Source of the DNA: Chiloscyllium plagiosum
Lineage: Eukaryota
NCBI RefSeq assembly: GCF_004010195.1
Contig: NC_057711.1
Span: 79,888,361 to 79,952,360, forward strand
DNA: 64,000 nucleotides
Direction: 5' to 3'
The position numbers were made by a program, and so were the translations under genes. Positions 1-13,599 of this stretch are shown here, piece after piece. A model generated the notes under the pieces. The model did not search any database. It saw nothing but the letters and a program-made list of their open reading frames with translations, and had not been told where the DNA came from. The number at the start of each line of letters is the position of its first letter. Positions within the stretch are counted from its first letter, which is position 1.

Positions 1-1894
1 TGGCAGGTTCTAAGATTGCAAGATTCCAACTCCACTGATTACAGAACTCAAAAGACGAATTCTGAGATGCAGAATTATGATAACGTTAAAATGGATGCAG
101 GGCCTGACTTGCAGAGCGTTCCCAACATTTTCTCATTATACCCAGCTTGCCCCTGCAAATGCCTCATTGACTCTTCATTAACTCTTCTTATCCCACATAG
201 AAATTTGAAACATATTTAAACACCTACATAACTATCTATTACAAATGACACCTTTTGTCTTTTTTTTAGAAAATTGATCAGAGAACACTATTTGTGCTAC
301 TAAACTTCAATCTTCTTGGCTGATTTGTGTGTGTTGCTATTACAATGAAACATTTTCTATGCCAGATTGTTTGATAGAGTATGAGTAGACTTTGAAAAAA
401 TCTGTTTTTTAACATAGAAGAACAGACAACATGATATCCAGTTATTAAATTGGAATTATTGCTCTCCCCATTATCTTCTCTCTACAACTCTGCTCAATCA
501 CCATTTATCTAATTAGCTCTTTGCTTGTTACATTCTCATTTATGTAATTATGCATCCATTCGGCAAATGAGATCTTCTCTTTTAAGGGATCATGACAAGG
601 CAGACAAAAAACACTTTGATGGGCATAGGACCTTTTATCCAGCTGAAAGCTTTTGCATAAAAAGAGGGGAGAACAATTACTTTACTGCAGAGAAATTAGC
701 TCATTTGCAAATCCTGCTTCACGACAGAAGAAGAATAACACTCATTGAAGTGCTCATGAAGGCAGTGTGGTTAGAATAATTTTATGCTGAAGTGGTCTAC
801 AATCACTCAGTGTTTTAAAAGCCATCAATGCAACTGGAAAGAATTATGCAAAAATGTACAAATTTATTGTGTAATGTCATAGTGGTATCAGTGTAAGTGG
901 AATAAAATTACAATGGTTCACATCAGCACTCAGTCATAATGAGGAAGGATTTGAAACCTGTGCAAGCTAATCCTTTGTTATGGACTATAATGCCAAACAC
1001 CTGTTAAACACATGAGGTGTCAAGATGCATATTTCTCCAGAGCTAAATGTGTCCTTTAGGTATTCTTAAAACAATCTTTCAGTGGTTACTTAATAACCTG
1101 TAGTCCACGTAGTCTGTTAAGGTTGCACTGTGTGAAAAGACTGGGAATTATGGACCAGCGGGAGAAGCAATCAGCTTCAGAGATACGGATAATTAAGCAG
1201 CCAGTCATTACAAATGGCATTGGTCCTAATGGCAGCATTTTTCATGTAAGTTAATAAATGTGAGGTCTGGTGTGCCATTAAACACTCAAACATTACTAAA
1301 CGAGAAAGGTGTATTGTAGGAATGAATTATGCATTTTAAATCATTCTCTTGGCTGCAATGAAATATTTTTGAGCATACATAAGCAATTATATTTTTTGAT
1401 TAACTCTTTAAGAATTGATCTAAATAGTTGACCATATTAAAGCAGAAAATGTTGGAAATGAAAGCAGGTTAGACATCATCTGAAACAGAAAGATATGGTT
1501 TCTTAAGAAATGATTAGCATTTCAGATGGGGCTTCGAACTATCTCCTGCATTTTTGGAGTTTGTTTCAGATTTCCAACATTTTAACCAGAATTATTTAAG
1601 TTATTTGGAGAACATTCTGTCTTAGATAGTGCTTCCACCCTTCCACTGATTGCATTCTATTGTAGGATGTAATATAAGAAACTTCAATGCTGAGGAGTTC
1701 AAAGGTTCAACTTCTCTTATTGTGTTTCACAGGATACTCTAAGGTATCCTTACTGCAATATAAGTCTATCCAACACTCCTTGTTGACTTTCTTTGCCACA
1801 GTACCATGTCTGGTTGACATGGATTAAACATTGTGGTTATCTGCAGCATAATAAACACTTGGGTGAACTTCAGAATATATTTTCTCATTTTCAG

Positions 1895-1943
1895 ATACAA
1901 CTGTGAAATGATGAACAGTGTAAGAAAACTATTTAACGCTTTG
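1895..1943 (+). CDS. Candidate 49-nt exon of an unidentified host gene: (x)YNCEMMNSVRKLFNAL
   Basis: Acceptor ttttctcattttcag, donor TTG|gtaagt. Only one of three frames is open. Lies in non-repetitive sequence. Protein not recognised. Confidence 0.45.
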
Positions 1944-2995
1944 GTAAGTGGCAGCACAAATCATATCAAGCAATATTCAATCACTACAAGCATTGATTTA
2001 TCTAACTGTAAAAATGCAGAGTCAGATACAGTACTATTCACATGCAACTGCCTCAGACCATTTGGGACTGAATGACCTGGTTCCGTGAATCCACGGGAAG
2101 TGGTAGCAGTAAAGGCCAGTCATGAAGATGCTGCGTTACCAAATGGTGGTCTATGAGTTGTTTCTATTTTTGTGTAATTGCAGAATTTTCATGGTCCAGT
2201 TAAAAGCTAGCTAGCCCCTTGATTAAAAAGCTTTATTCAAAATATCTCAGAGGAGATCTTCACAAGCTGGCCATCTGTTTTTCTCTGTTATATCACCTGA
2301 GGGGGTTAAAGAGAAACCTTGAGATATTTTTTCTCTTATAGTTTTCATTGTCATATGCTGTAAGAGGTATATATGCATGATGTTCCAAACACTGTTGGGG
2401 TGAAGCAAACTTGACGATCATATATTTGTATGTTAATGGAAAATTTGTTGATTGAAAGTCCATGGAGGATCTTTGAGTCAATTTTTAGGCTGCTCATTAA
2501 AACAGCACAATTCCCAAAGAAAACAAGAGGCTGTTTAACAATGTAAATCAGAATTGCCAACTTATTGGAGGATCCTGAATGCAGCTTTTAAAAACAGTGG
2601 ATAGAGATGACAAACTAAACCATTGCACATTTTCCAGGTATTCACAGGAAAAGCTGGCACCATTCTCACTGTGAAAACCATTTTAAAAAGCTGCATTTTG
2701 ATGACAGATATGTTTTCAATTGAGTTTCCCAGTTATGATAATTACTGAACATTATAGATAAAAAAAACTACATTTTTATTTCTAGAATGTCATTCCCTCC
2801 ACCCCATGATAAAATTTACATACTTCCACCAAAGTAATGAAAATAATACACTCAACCTGGGCTGTTTGAATATGGTTTTATTTATTAATTCATGGATGTG
2901 GGCACCGTTTGTTTCCTTACTCATTTCTAATTGTCCAGGTGAAACTGGTCATGAGCTGGTTTTATGAACCTTGGGGTAAAGGAACACATAAAGTG

Positions 2996-4650
2996 TCATA
3001 GAGTCATACAGTAAGTAAATTAATTCTTCATTCCAACTCATCCGCATCGACCAGACATCCCAATCTGACTTAGTCCCATTTACCAGCATTTAGCCCTTAG
3101 CTCTCTAAACCTTTCCTATTCATGTACCCATCCAAATGTCTTTTAAATGTTGTAATTGCACCTGCCTTCACCACTTCCTCTGGCAGCTCGCTCCATACAT
3201 GCACCAGCATCTGTGCAAAATTTACCCCTCTCACCTTAAACCTATGTCCTCTACATTTGGACTCCCCCACCCTAGGAAAAAGACGTTGGCTATCCATCTT
3301 ATCCATGCCCCTCATGATTTTATAAACCTCCACAAGGTCACCCCTCAGCCTCCAATGCTACAGGAGTAGTGCCAGAAGACTGGAGGCTAGCAAATGTAGT
3401 TCCCTTGTTCAAGAAGGGGAGTAGGGATAACCCTAGTAACGAAAGGCCGGTGAGTCTCACTTCTGTTGTGGACAAAGTCTTAGACAGAATTGTAAGGGCT
3501 AGGATTTATGAACATCTGGATAGGAATAATGTGATCAAGGATAGTCAGTATGGTTTTGTGAAGGGCAGGTCATGCCTCATGTGTGGATGAGCAGAGGGAT
3601 CTTGGTGTCCATGTACACAGATCTCTGAAAGTTGCCACCCAGGTAAAGAGTGCGGTGAAGAAGGCATATGGCGTACTGGCTTTTATTGGTAGAGGAATTG
3701 AGTTCCAGAGTCCTGAGATCATGGTTGCAGTTGTATAAGACTCTGGTGCGGCCGCATCTGGAGTATTGTGTGCAGTTTTGGTTGCCATACTATAGGAAGG
3801 ATGTGGAGGCACTGGAACGGGTGCAGAGGAGGTTTACCAGGATGTTGCCTGGTATGGTAGGAAGATTGTATGAGGAAAGGCTGAGGCACTTGGGGTTGTT
3901 TTCATTGGAGAAAAGAAGGTATAGGGGTGACTTGATAGAGGTGTACAAGATGTTTAGGGGTTTAGATAGGGTTGACCGTGAGAACCTTTTTCCACGTATG
4001 GAGTCAGCTATTACGAGACGGCATAGCTTTAAATTAAGGGGTGGTAGGTATAGGACAGATGTTAGGGGTAGGTTCTTTAGTCAGCGAGTCGTGAGTTCAT
4101 GGAATGCCCTGCCAGTAGCAGTGGTGGACTCTCCCTTTTTATGGGCATTTAAGCGGGCATTGGATAGGCATATGGTGGATAGTGGGCTAGTGTAAGTTAG
4201 GTGGGCTTGGATCGGCGCAACATCGAGGGCCAAAGGGCCTGTAATGCGCTGTATTCTTCTATGTTCTATGAAAAATGCCCCAGCCTATCAGCCCCTCCCT
4301 ATAGCGAAAGCCTCCAGTCCTGGCAACTTCCTTGTAAATCTTTTCTGCAATCTCTCAAGTTTAACAACATCCTTCCTACAGATGGGCAACCAGAATTGTA
4401 AGCAATATTCTAAAAGTAGCCTCACCAATATCCTGTATACCTGCAACAAGACATCCCAACGACAGCAAGCATGCCAGTATGCCTTCTTCACCATCCTGTC
4501 TCCACTTTCAAGGAAATGTGCACCTGCGCTCCTTGGTCTCTTTGTTCTGCAACATTCCCCAGGGCCAGACCAATAACTTATAAGTTTACTTTACCAAAAT
4601 ACAACACCTCACATTGACCTAAATTAAACTGTATTTGCCAATCCTCAGCA
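2996..4650 (-). mobile_element. CR1/HER1-type LINE 3' fragment, split by the insertion at 3365-4270
   Basis: Minus-strand peptides [34 protein letters not shown] (4288-4494) and EVYKIMRGMDK..WSELPEEVV..FKRHLD (3097-3333); (gactctat)-type tail at ~2996. Confidence 0.9.
3365..4270 (+). mobile_element. Younger CR1 LINE fragment with internal deletion, nested in the minus-strand CR1
   Basis: PEDWRLANVVPLFKKG..RPVSLTSVV..QYGFVKGRSCL jumps at ~3580 to [18 protein letters not shown]; tail ttctatgttctatg. Confidence 0.92.
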
Positions 4651-6997
4651 CACAGTGCTGTGAAGTGGGATTTCCAGAACTCTGACACAGTGACAGTGGA
4701 GGAAAGGCCATACTGTTCCAACACGATTATGTTTTACTGGAAGGGAACTTGCAGACAATTGTCTTCCAATGTATCTGCTGCCCTTCTCTTTCAAGCAGGT
4801 ATTGGAAGATGCAGTGAAAGAAGCCTTGATGAATTACTATAGTTCATCTTGTAGATGCTACACAAGCTGCCACTGCGTATCAATGGTGAAGGGAGTGAAT
4901 GCTGAAGGGTTATCAGTCAAGAGGGCTGCTTTGGCATGGATAGAATATTGCACAGATTGGTGTGAACTATTTTTGAGAATTTCCATAGGTGGGTGACTTG
5001 TTGCGACTTCTTTTGCTTTATTTGCTGCTGAAAGTATTTTTTTATTTCAACTTTCCAACTATCAGAGGTGTCACTGGGCTAAACTGCTGATTTTATTTTA
5101 AGGTACAAGAAATAAATATTTTAATTTTGATATGTTTTAAAGCAAGTTGACTGGAAATTCACAGAAGACTTAGGAGTTAAATAACATTAAAGAATCATTG
5201 TGAGATTATTTGCATTTTTAAAATTTTGTAACACTGACCTTGGAAAAAAGATGGTTGCTAAATTTTGAAAGGATTGACAGATTTCAATGAAACATGATAC
5301 ATGGGATATGGTGTAAGGAAGAAGTGAGTAGATTTTAACAAAGATGCGATCTGGATCCTGGAGTATGTTAAATGTGATTTTACACTGGGAGATAAGGGGG
5401 GCTGGCTCCCTTTCATAAAGATTTTTAAATTTTTTTAACAAATCTCTGCTTTAACTTTAAAGTATTTTGCCAAGTAATTGTGAAAAACCACACTTTTTCA
5501 TTTTCTTTATCTTCGATGGACTGAAAAGAAGGATATTGCTTTAAACCAAGGAGACTGTGCAAAGAAATGGCTGTAATTTTAAAAGTCACATTTACTCAAG
5601 TGTATTCTCTGGCTCCAGCTGAACTGTCTACTCTTTGCATATGCAACATTATTGCTGTTGTAACCAAAGTGTCATTAATAGGTCAGATATATTTGTACAT
5701 GTTGTATAATCTTTTAAAATTAATATTGGGATCACATCTCAACAAAGCAAATCTAATTAAGTATACATCTCAATTTGTAGAAAACCATAGTCCTTAATCT
5801 ATCTTTTAACTTCTTGTATATAAAAAGAAACGGTGATTTACATAATTGCAAGTTATCTAAATTATCTACAACAACATCTCAGTGGTGTTTGAGATTGAAA
5901 AGTAAATGTGATGCTCACAAATTAATTATCATGAATTAATTATATTTATAAATGGAAAGCTGACCTTTGTCGAGTCTACTTCATTTCTTCAAATTGCTTA
6001 CTTTGCTACATTTTCCAGAAATGTGCCCCTTGTATATTTCATCTTGTTGAGTCGTGCGTTGCAATTCGCAGAAGATGATATCACAAACTTACCCATTGAG
6101 AGATGATTGGCATTTTGCATCACTTGTAAAAGAGTTCAAACATGTCTGGTCATTGGATCATCTTAATATAAGCTGCAGAATTTGTTAGTAAACAGATACA
6201 GACAGAGCATGTTTGAATGATACATCCATACAAAGAATGAAAATGACCCTCGATTTTAATGTAGAGGTGTAATTCTTTTTAAATATGAATGCATTTCCCC
6301 CAGTTTCAGCTTTGCAAACAAAATCTTTGATAAATTTGTAGAAAATAGTTAGTCAGCAGTTAAGGGTACTCTGCAGTTTTGGGCAACCATTTTAGAAAAA
6401 AATACAAAAATCATAAAACAGACATATTATATATCTACAAGGATTGTTACTTGGGGTGGGAAATATAGATATGAATCTGTGTGCTAGATCCCACACAACA
6501 ACAGTAATACAATTTTTGTGAGGGATCCATGGATCTTTTCCCAGAATTACTGTGCAGAAGAACTCCCAAACAGAGCGAAAGTGAAGTCTGTTAAGGGGGA
6601 AAGGAGCAATGGTTCAGAAAAATAGAGGTTCATGCACTGGCCCGTCAACCAGAATATTTTGTTTTTGACTTTTTATACAGTCTCAGATAAAAGCGCAGAT
6701 ATTGGAAATGTGAAATAAAACAACTGGAAGTGCTGGAAAAAAAACTCAGCTGGTCTGCCATTCTCTGTGGCAATAGAAACAAATTTAACATTTTGAGTCC
6801 AATATGATGCAAATTCTATTCTTCTAAATTCTGCCTACTTACAGAACTTGAAAGTTTGCAGAGGCAGGTCTTTTTATAGCCCACTTCTAAACTAAATTGA
6901 GTCAGGAAATGGTGGATAAATGCTTCCTTTCTGCCTCTTTTGCATGATTACCGATGATGCACATGCTCACTCCATGCACTTATGATCTACAGGGTCA

Positions 6998-7355
6998 GGT
7001 GGCATGGTGGCTTAGTGGTTAGCATTGCTGCTTCACAGTGCCAGGGACCCAGGTTCAATCCAAGCCTTGGATGACTGTCTATGTGAAGTTTGGACATTCA
7101 CCCTGTGTCTGCATGGGTTTCCTTTGTCTGCTCCAGTTTCCTCCCTCAATCCAAACATATGCAGCTTAGATGGATTGGCCAAGCTAAATTGCCCTATAGT
7201 GTCCATGGATGTGCAGGCCAGGTGGATTAGCCATAGGAAATGTTAGGTTTCAGAGATAGGGTCTAGACAGGATGTTTTTTGGAGGATTGGTGCAGACTTG
7301 ATGGGTTGAGTGGATGCTTTCATTGGATGGGCTAAAGGGATGCTGTAAGGATTCT
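6998..7355 (+). mobile_element. HE1-type V-SINE (tRNA-derived)
   Basis: A box tggcttagtgg, B box ggttcaatcc, V-domain-like gtgtctgcatgggtttcct...ccagtttcctccc. Confidence 0.85.
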
Positions 7356-10273
7356 GCAAACTTTTTCCACTTTGTCTTTGTTACAGCTCCCAACATATGA
7401 GCGGAAATAGTGCCCACTTCTAATCTCACTAATTGGATTTGTACTTTTCTGATTAAATTGTGCACATTAAACTTAAGTAAACATAGTTCTGTGTACAAGT
7501 GTTGAGATGTGATGTCTGTTCTTTATCTTAACTGCTCTTGGAGTGTGGGATTTCAGAAGTAAACAGCAGAAAATAAAACTTGGCAAAAGGTTAAACTAAT
7601 CAATTTTATTTTGTTCTTTACTGAGTTTCCCTGGAACAGTACCTTATACAACCAAAATTAATTACTTTTCATAAATATGGAGTTTCAAGGCTTTCATAAT
7701 CTCTCATGAGATTTGAGTAACTGTGAGTTTTACCAGAACTTGTTACTACCCCGTGTGAATAAATGTTACTATCGAGTCTGAATATAAACACATATGACCA
7801 GTGTAAATACTGAAATATATATAAGCCAACACATATATTACATACTGATCAGTTCCAAGGAGGAGTCACCGGACTGAAAATGTTAACTCTGCTCTCTTCC
7901 AACAAATGTTTCCAAATTTGCTGAGTTTTGTCGAATCATAGCAACCCTACAGTGTGAAAGCAGGCCATTTGGCTTATCAAGTTTATACCGACCCTCTGAA
8001 CAGCTTATCCAGTAATTCCTGTTTTTGTTTCACACTTTTTAATATTTTGTTTTGAAGTTGCCACCATTTTGATGGATTGAAGGAAGTGGGGAAGTATCTT
8101 TGGAACATTTTTAAAATTATGTAAGGAGAGATAGTTAAAAGCTAATTCATTTTTGATAATACAGTAGCAATAGAAGATAGTCTCTGTTCAGAGCCAACAG
8201 TGTGCACAATGGGACATTCTGAAGTTAGTAGCCCATAGAGAGAGTGAGAAAGGCTTCTTTACTATACTGTTTGTCGGAAGGCTCCACTTAGATCCAACTC
8301 ATGACAGTTCTGAGCTGTGTGTAGTCATCAGGTAGATGAAAGAATGAACCAGTTTTGCTCAATGATCTCACACAGTGCAATGCATAAAAGCAATGCTTCT
8401 TGAATTTCAATTGCACATATTAAAAATATATTCAGTATCCCGAACGTACATTTTTTTGCCTCACTTGTTTGTACATTGCTATCTTGCATCAAGAGTTTGT
8501 GAAAATCCAGAAGTTTTGAAGGCATTTTTAACCTTGCCCATTCATCAGAAAACTATTTTAGCTGGGGGACTGAATTGAGAATTGATTATAGTTTCCCTGT
8601 TAAGTCATTTTATATAAAGTTGTTAACTTTAGATATGTTTTCCTGGAGTTTTTCCTAGACGATGTTACAATGTCTGCAAATGTTACAAAATTTACCTTCA
8701 ATACAGTACTGTATTCCAGTTATTGCACATCTTTGCTTGTGGTTTTATGCCAACAGCTGGATGAGACATGAACCAGGAGTCCATCCTATGCAAAATAACT
8801 GAGATTGAGGGAATGATTCATAAAGGCACAAGCAGTGTTGGGAGCAACTTTCATTTGACAGTATCTAATAGTCACTCGTGGAAGTTGTAACAATAACTAA
8901 TAGACGCAGAGTAACTACTGAGAACCCTCAGATTCCCCAGAATAAACTCAGCCAGGCTCAATTGGTGAAATGACCTAGTCTTGCAGCTAATCTCATGCCA
9001 CATTTTCGACTTTGATCTCCATCTCAGTCCTCACTCTCTTATTTATTACGCTAAGTTACTAATAGTTGCCTTATTTTAGTATCTCAAACTATTACAAATG
9101 CTGTTAAAGATCTCATTTGCTTTGTTTAATTATCAGCGTTGAAGTGAACGAGACTCCAATAGCTCAGTTAACAATCTTAGCTCATAAATTTGAACTCATT
9201 TCAATATAATTGAGTCTGACTTGATGGTTGTGGTAATTAATTAATCAGCCTGACTCAAAGAAGAACAAACATGTTAGGAAGTTATTTATTCTGTGTTTAT
9301 TTGGTTTGTGTGAGAGTTTGTTGACTGTGTCTAACAAAATGAGTTAAGTTTCTTTTTTGTTTGTGTACACTATTAAAAAGAAGGATCAATATATGAATTG
9401 AGATGATAGCTTAATTGAAAGTACACTCAAGCCAATAAAGGCATATCACATATTCATACATTTTGAAACAAAAACTGTACCAAGGTGGAATCTTCTGGCA
9501 CTGACCTTTCCATTTACAATTGACACTAAAATGCTACACAGGATAGCTGCTGAACATCACCGGAACATCTGTGAGGATTCAGAAATTGTCCCACTACCTC
9601 AAAAGGACAGTAAGACATGCACTCCAGACTAGAACTGTTAATATCCACTTATAAAAACCATCAAAAAGGATATTTCCTGATTTTGAATGGATCATTCTGA
9701 AAGTAATAGTGATTGTCTCAAACCTGCAGGATTATTTACAAACAATGAGTTAAATTTTATCCAAACAGCTGAGCATCATATTTTGAAAAGGTGAAAATAT
9801 GGCAGCCATGTTGGCCTTGCATTTACTCTTGAGAAATAAAACTTATCTTTTGACTCAAAATTCTACAGTCCTCTGAACTCAACGTTGAATTCATCATCTT
9901 TAGATCATAACCTTTACCTCATGTTAAATTAGTCATTTCTTCTTCCCCTTTGATTTATTGTGTTGATCTTTGATTTGTATTTTCCTTTACTCCTTCATGT
10001 TGCAATCAGATTATTTTTATGTTGCATTTTTGCATCAATTAGACACAACCTTTGGTTATTTACTCTATCCATTTGCACTTTTTTGACAGTTACATCATAC
10101 AATCTTATGTTACTTAATCTCCCTTTCAATATGTTCTTGTTCTTCTTGCACTGGCTTAAGAAAAAAAGCTTCTTAACTCTGTGTTTCTCTTCAGTTCAGA
10201 TGAAACTTAAGCTTTCTTTCACTCCACAGATGCTGTTTGACCTGTTGAGTTTTACTGGGATTTAAAAGATGGG

Positions 10274-10466
10274 CATGATTTGGAGATGCCAGTGTTGCAC
10301 TGGGGTGTATAAAATTAAAAATCACACAACACCAGGTTATAGTCTAACAGGTTTAATAGGAAGCACTAGCTTTCGGTGACTACCTGATGATGGAGCAGCG
10401 CTCTGAAAGCTAGTGCTTCCAATTAAACCTGTTGGACTATAACCTGGTGTTGTGTGATTTTTAACA
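10274..10466. mobile_element. Fold-back non-autonomous PLE derivative (AGCU family) with 11-bp TSD
   Basis: TSD taaaagatggg at 10263-10273 and 10467-10477; 60-bp inverted arms 10315-10374 / 10405-10464. Confidence 0.85.
10381..10415 (+). ncRNA. Minimal hammerhead ribozyme motif, near-intact
   Basis: tac-CTGATGA-t-GGAGC agc GCTCT-GAAA-gc-TA-gtg; G-U wobbles at the base of stem II and in stem I. Confidence 0.65.
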
Positions 10467-10605
10467 TAAAAGATGGGGACTGCTTGTAGTTCTATACCTA
10501 GCCATTTTATCTCTGGTGTTGCTGTGACGACATAGTTGTCATCCAATCAGATTAGTGGGAAGATCTTTGAGATGGGATGTCTATCTGAGTGAAGAGCAGG
10601 ACGTT

Positions 10606-10820
10606 TAGATTAGATTAGATTCCCTACCGTGTGGCCCAACATGTCCACACCGACCCTCCGAAGAGTAACCCACTTCCTTCTGACTAATGCACCTAACACT
10701 ATGAGTAATTTAGCACGGCCAATCCACCTGACCTGCACATCTTTGGACTGTGTGAGGAAACTGGAGCACTCGGAGGAAACCCACGCAGACACTGGGAGAA
10801 TGCAAAAACTCCACACAGTC
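10606..10820 (-). mobile_element. HE1-type V-SINE fragment
   Basis: V-domain reverse complement (ggaggaaacccacgcagacac) and (ttaga)n tail. Confidence 0.85.
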
Positions 10821-11959
10821 TCCAATAGGTCAGATACTGGAAATTATGTTGTGAGTAATGCATCTTCTGACTCTCCAACCCATTTTGAAGCATTAAATGA
10901 ATGTGATGACATTGTTTGAGAAAGCATACATTCCCCATATGCAGGGTGAGAATGAGAGGTGAAGGAGAAAATATGTGAAATTTGGTGATTACTTGGTAAT
11001 TAGAATGATAACAACAGGTTTTTAAAGTGTTTGTGTTTAGGCTTCAGAAATGTGAGTATTTGTTTACATCAAGCCTTGTAAGTCAACAGTCATAGACAGG
11101 ATGATCACAGTTGCACTGGATTACCTGAAGTTGTGTTTAAAGCAGTGAATCAGATCTGATAATATGGACTGTTTATCAGCTGAAATTGTGATTATCATGG
11201 AGTTGTGTTATGTAAATATTAGATGACATACAAGTGGTGAACAGCGAGTTCAAGCTGAAGTTTTATATCAAAGTTCATTAAGGGCAAAAGATAAGTGTTT
11301 TTCCAAGGAGACACAGGCAAGTCTTAATGAGTTAATTGATCATATTGATGTGGAACACATGCTTGTGATGTTGTTTGTGGTCAAACTGATAATTTTCTGG
11401 ACACTGGGTAGTATTAAGTGTAAAATAAATAGCTTCTTTGTAAGGAAAGCATATAAAGCGGTTTGTCTCATAGTAACATTTAGCTAGCTCTGGGGCGTTG
11501 GCTGAACAATAGTGGGAAGTTAGGATGGGCCTGGGTGATCACCATATCTGGTCTGTTCTTCAGACAAACCCATGTGAAACTTTTCACTTGTGATTGTAAG
11601 AATTGCATGAGTAAGATTTATGTAATACTTTTTGGAGTGTGCTTTACTTTGACAAAGAACATTTGGCATGTTCCATTCTTAGAACTTCCTTAAGTTCTTG
11701 ATATCCAGAGTAAACCCAATGGACCAGGGAAAATGGAATAAAAGCCTACAGAAATAAAAGCTGGACTGGACCATTTACCCTTTTTGAAGCCTGCTTTAAA
11801 ATTCATCAAGATCAGGACAGATGTTCTCCTTAGCTAATTCCCTTAGTAATCAAGATTCATAACATATTCTCAGCATCTGCTCTATTTGTTTTTTTTCGGA
11901 ATATTTTATGTTGCAAGAAATTTTATATAATTATTTAAAATGTTAGGGAATATGAATTT

Positions 11960-13200
11960 AGGATTTTCTGTTAATTTATGGGATTTTGGCATTGCTGGCA
12001 AGTATTTTTAAGGTCTGAAACGGGGCACCAATAATTGGCGCTTTGTCCTGGAAGATGTTGGCTGCTTGAGTGTAGGAACTGCAGTCATCCAAGCAAGTGG
12101 AGAGTATTCCATTACTTTGCTGACTTCTTCCTGATAGAAGTTGCACAGGTATTGGAGAGTCCGAAAACCCATTACTCACAAGAGAATTTCCAGTGTCTGA
12201 CTTGCTCTTGTAGCTACAATCTTTATATGCTGGTCCAATTTAGTGTCTGGTTAATAGTAATCCCCAAGTTATTGATGGCTGAGTATTTTAGTAAAGATGC
12301 TATCATTGAACAATAAGGGGAAATTGTTAAGCCATGTCTTATTGGAGATGGCGATTGTCTGGCCCTTATGTGTTGTTAACTATCTACCATTTGGTAGTCA
12401 AGCCTTAATCTTATAGAGGGAAAAACAAGGGCTGCAGATGCTGGAAACTTGATTCTAGATTAGAGTAGTGCTGGAAAAGCACAGCAGTTCAGACAGGATT
12501 CGAGGAGCAGGAAAATAGACGTTTTGGGCAAAAGCCCTTCATCAGGAATAGAGGCAGAGTGCCTGCAGGGTGGAGAGATAAATGAGAGGAGGGTGATGGT
12601 GAGGGTGGGGAGAAAGTAGCATAGAGTACAATAGGTGAGTGGGGGTGGGGATGGAGGTGATAGGTGAGAGAGGAGCGTGGAGTGGGTAGGTGGAAAGGAA
12701 GATAGGCAGATAAGACAGGTCATGGGACAGTGCTGAGTTGGAGGTTTGGAGCTGGGGTGAGGTGGGGGAAGGGGAAGTGAGGAAACTGGTGAAGTTTGAG
12801 ATCTTGCTGCATTCTGGCATGGGTGGTTTCATCATCCAAGGAGTTATAAGTGGTCTTGAACACCACACAGTCATCAGTGAACATTCCTACATTGGATCTT
12901 ATGATGCGGGATTGAATGAAGCAGCTGAAGGACAATACTCTGATTTCCTTCTGTCGTGATGCTCAGGAACTGAAAGTATTGATTTCCAAAACCACCACTA
13001 ATTTCCTTTTTGTTTAGTTTGACTCCAATCGTTAGACAGTTTACCCCGAGTTCCAATTGTCTCCAAATTTGCTAGGGTTCCTTGATACTACACTCAGTCA
13101 AATGCTGCCTTGATGTCAAGGGCTTTTACTCTCATCTCACCTCTGGAGCTCAGCTCTTTGTCCATCAAGACCATAATAAGATCTCTGCTCATAGAACAAT
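11960..13200 (-). mobile_element. Decayed LINE RT (L2/CR1 group), interrupted by a PLE fragment
   Basis: Minus-strand RT motifs VKALDIKAAFD (~13100-13130) and NVGMFTDDCVVF (~12860-12895). Confidence 0.7.
12417..12796 (-). mobile_element. PLE 3' end/pLTR with decayed hammerhead motif
   Basis: Reverse complement of ~12515-12549 reads ttcCTGATGAagggcttttgcccAAAAcgTC (GAAA mutated). Same terminus as the element at 51194. Confidence 0.75.
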
Positions 13201-13227
13201 CACTTCTTCCTAAGGAGTTATCTACAG

Positions 13228-13428
13228 AATACAACAAAGAACTGAGGATCCTGGAGATCTGAAACATACAAAAACAGAAATGTCTGGAGAAACTCAGCAA
13301 CTCTGGAAGCACCTGTGGAGATAAAATAGATTTAATGTTGAGTCCAGAGACCCTTCTGAACAATGTTCTCAAGAAGGGTCACTGGCCTTGAAACATTAAG
13401 TCTGTTTTCTCTGCACAGATGCTGCCAG
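13228..13428. mobile_element. Old fold-back PLE derivative
   Basis: Imperfect inverted arms around gacccttc..gaagggtc; degenerate core ctcaagaagggtcactggccttgaaacatt. Confidence 0.55.
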
Positions 13429-13599
13429 TGGAATGGTCTACAGAAACTTTTTTGCACATCCTACATGTTTCCTTCCATAAAAGACCTTACTTTCCTATCT
13501 AGCTATGTAGCCTCTCTGCATCATCCTCACTGCTTACTTTTCCACTTGGCTTTGTTTCATCGATAAGTTTGGATACGTACTCACCAAAATTCTTGATGG

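Noticed and set aside
525..779. 84-aa ORF in unique sequence
   Set aside because: No recognisable domain, non-ATG start and no convincing donor.
1731..1750. aggatac/gtatcct 7-bp hairpin and possible 11-nt microexon
   Set aside because: Short enough to arise by chance, and the donor is weak.
6088..6180. Minus-strand exon candidate (ctgcag|...tgg|gtaagt)
   Set aside because: Stops in all three frames.
10274..10466. Hairpin elements as pre-miRNAs or DNA-transposon MITEs
   Set aside because: Variable 10-15 bp TSDs, asymmetric arms, PLE termini and hammerhead cores fit retrotransposition better.
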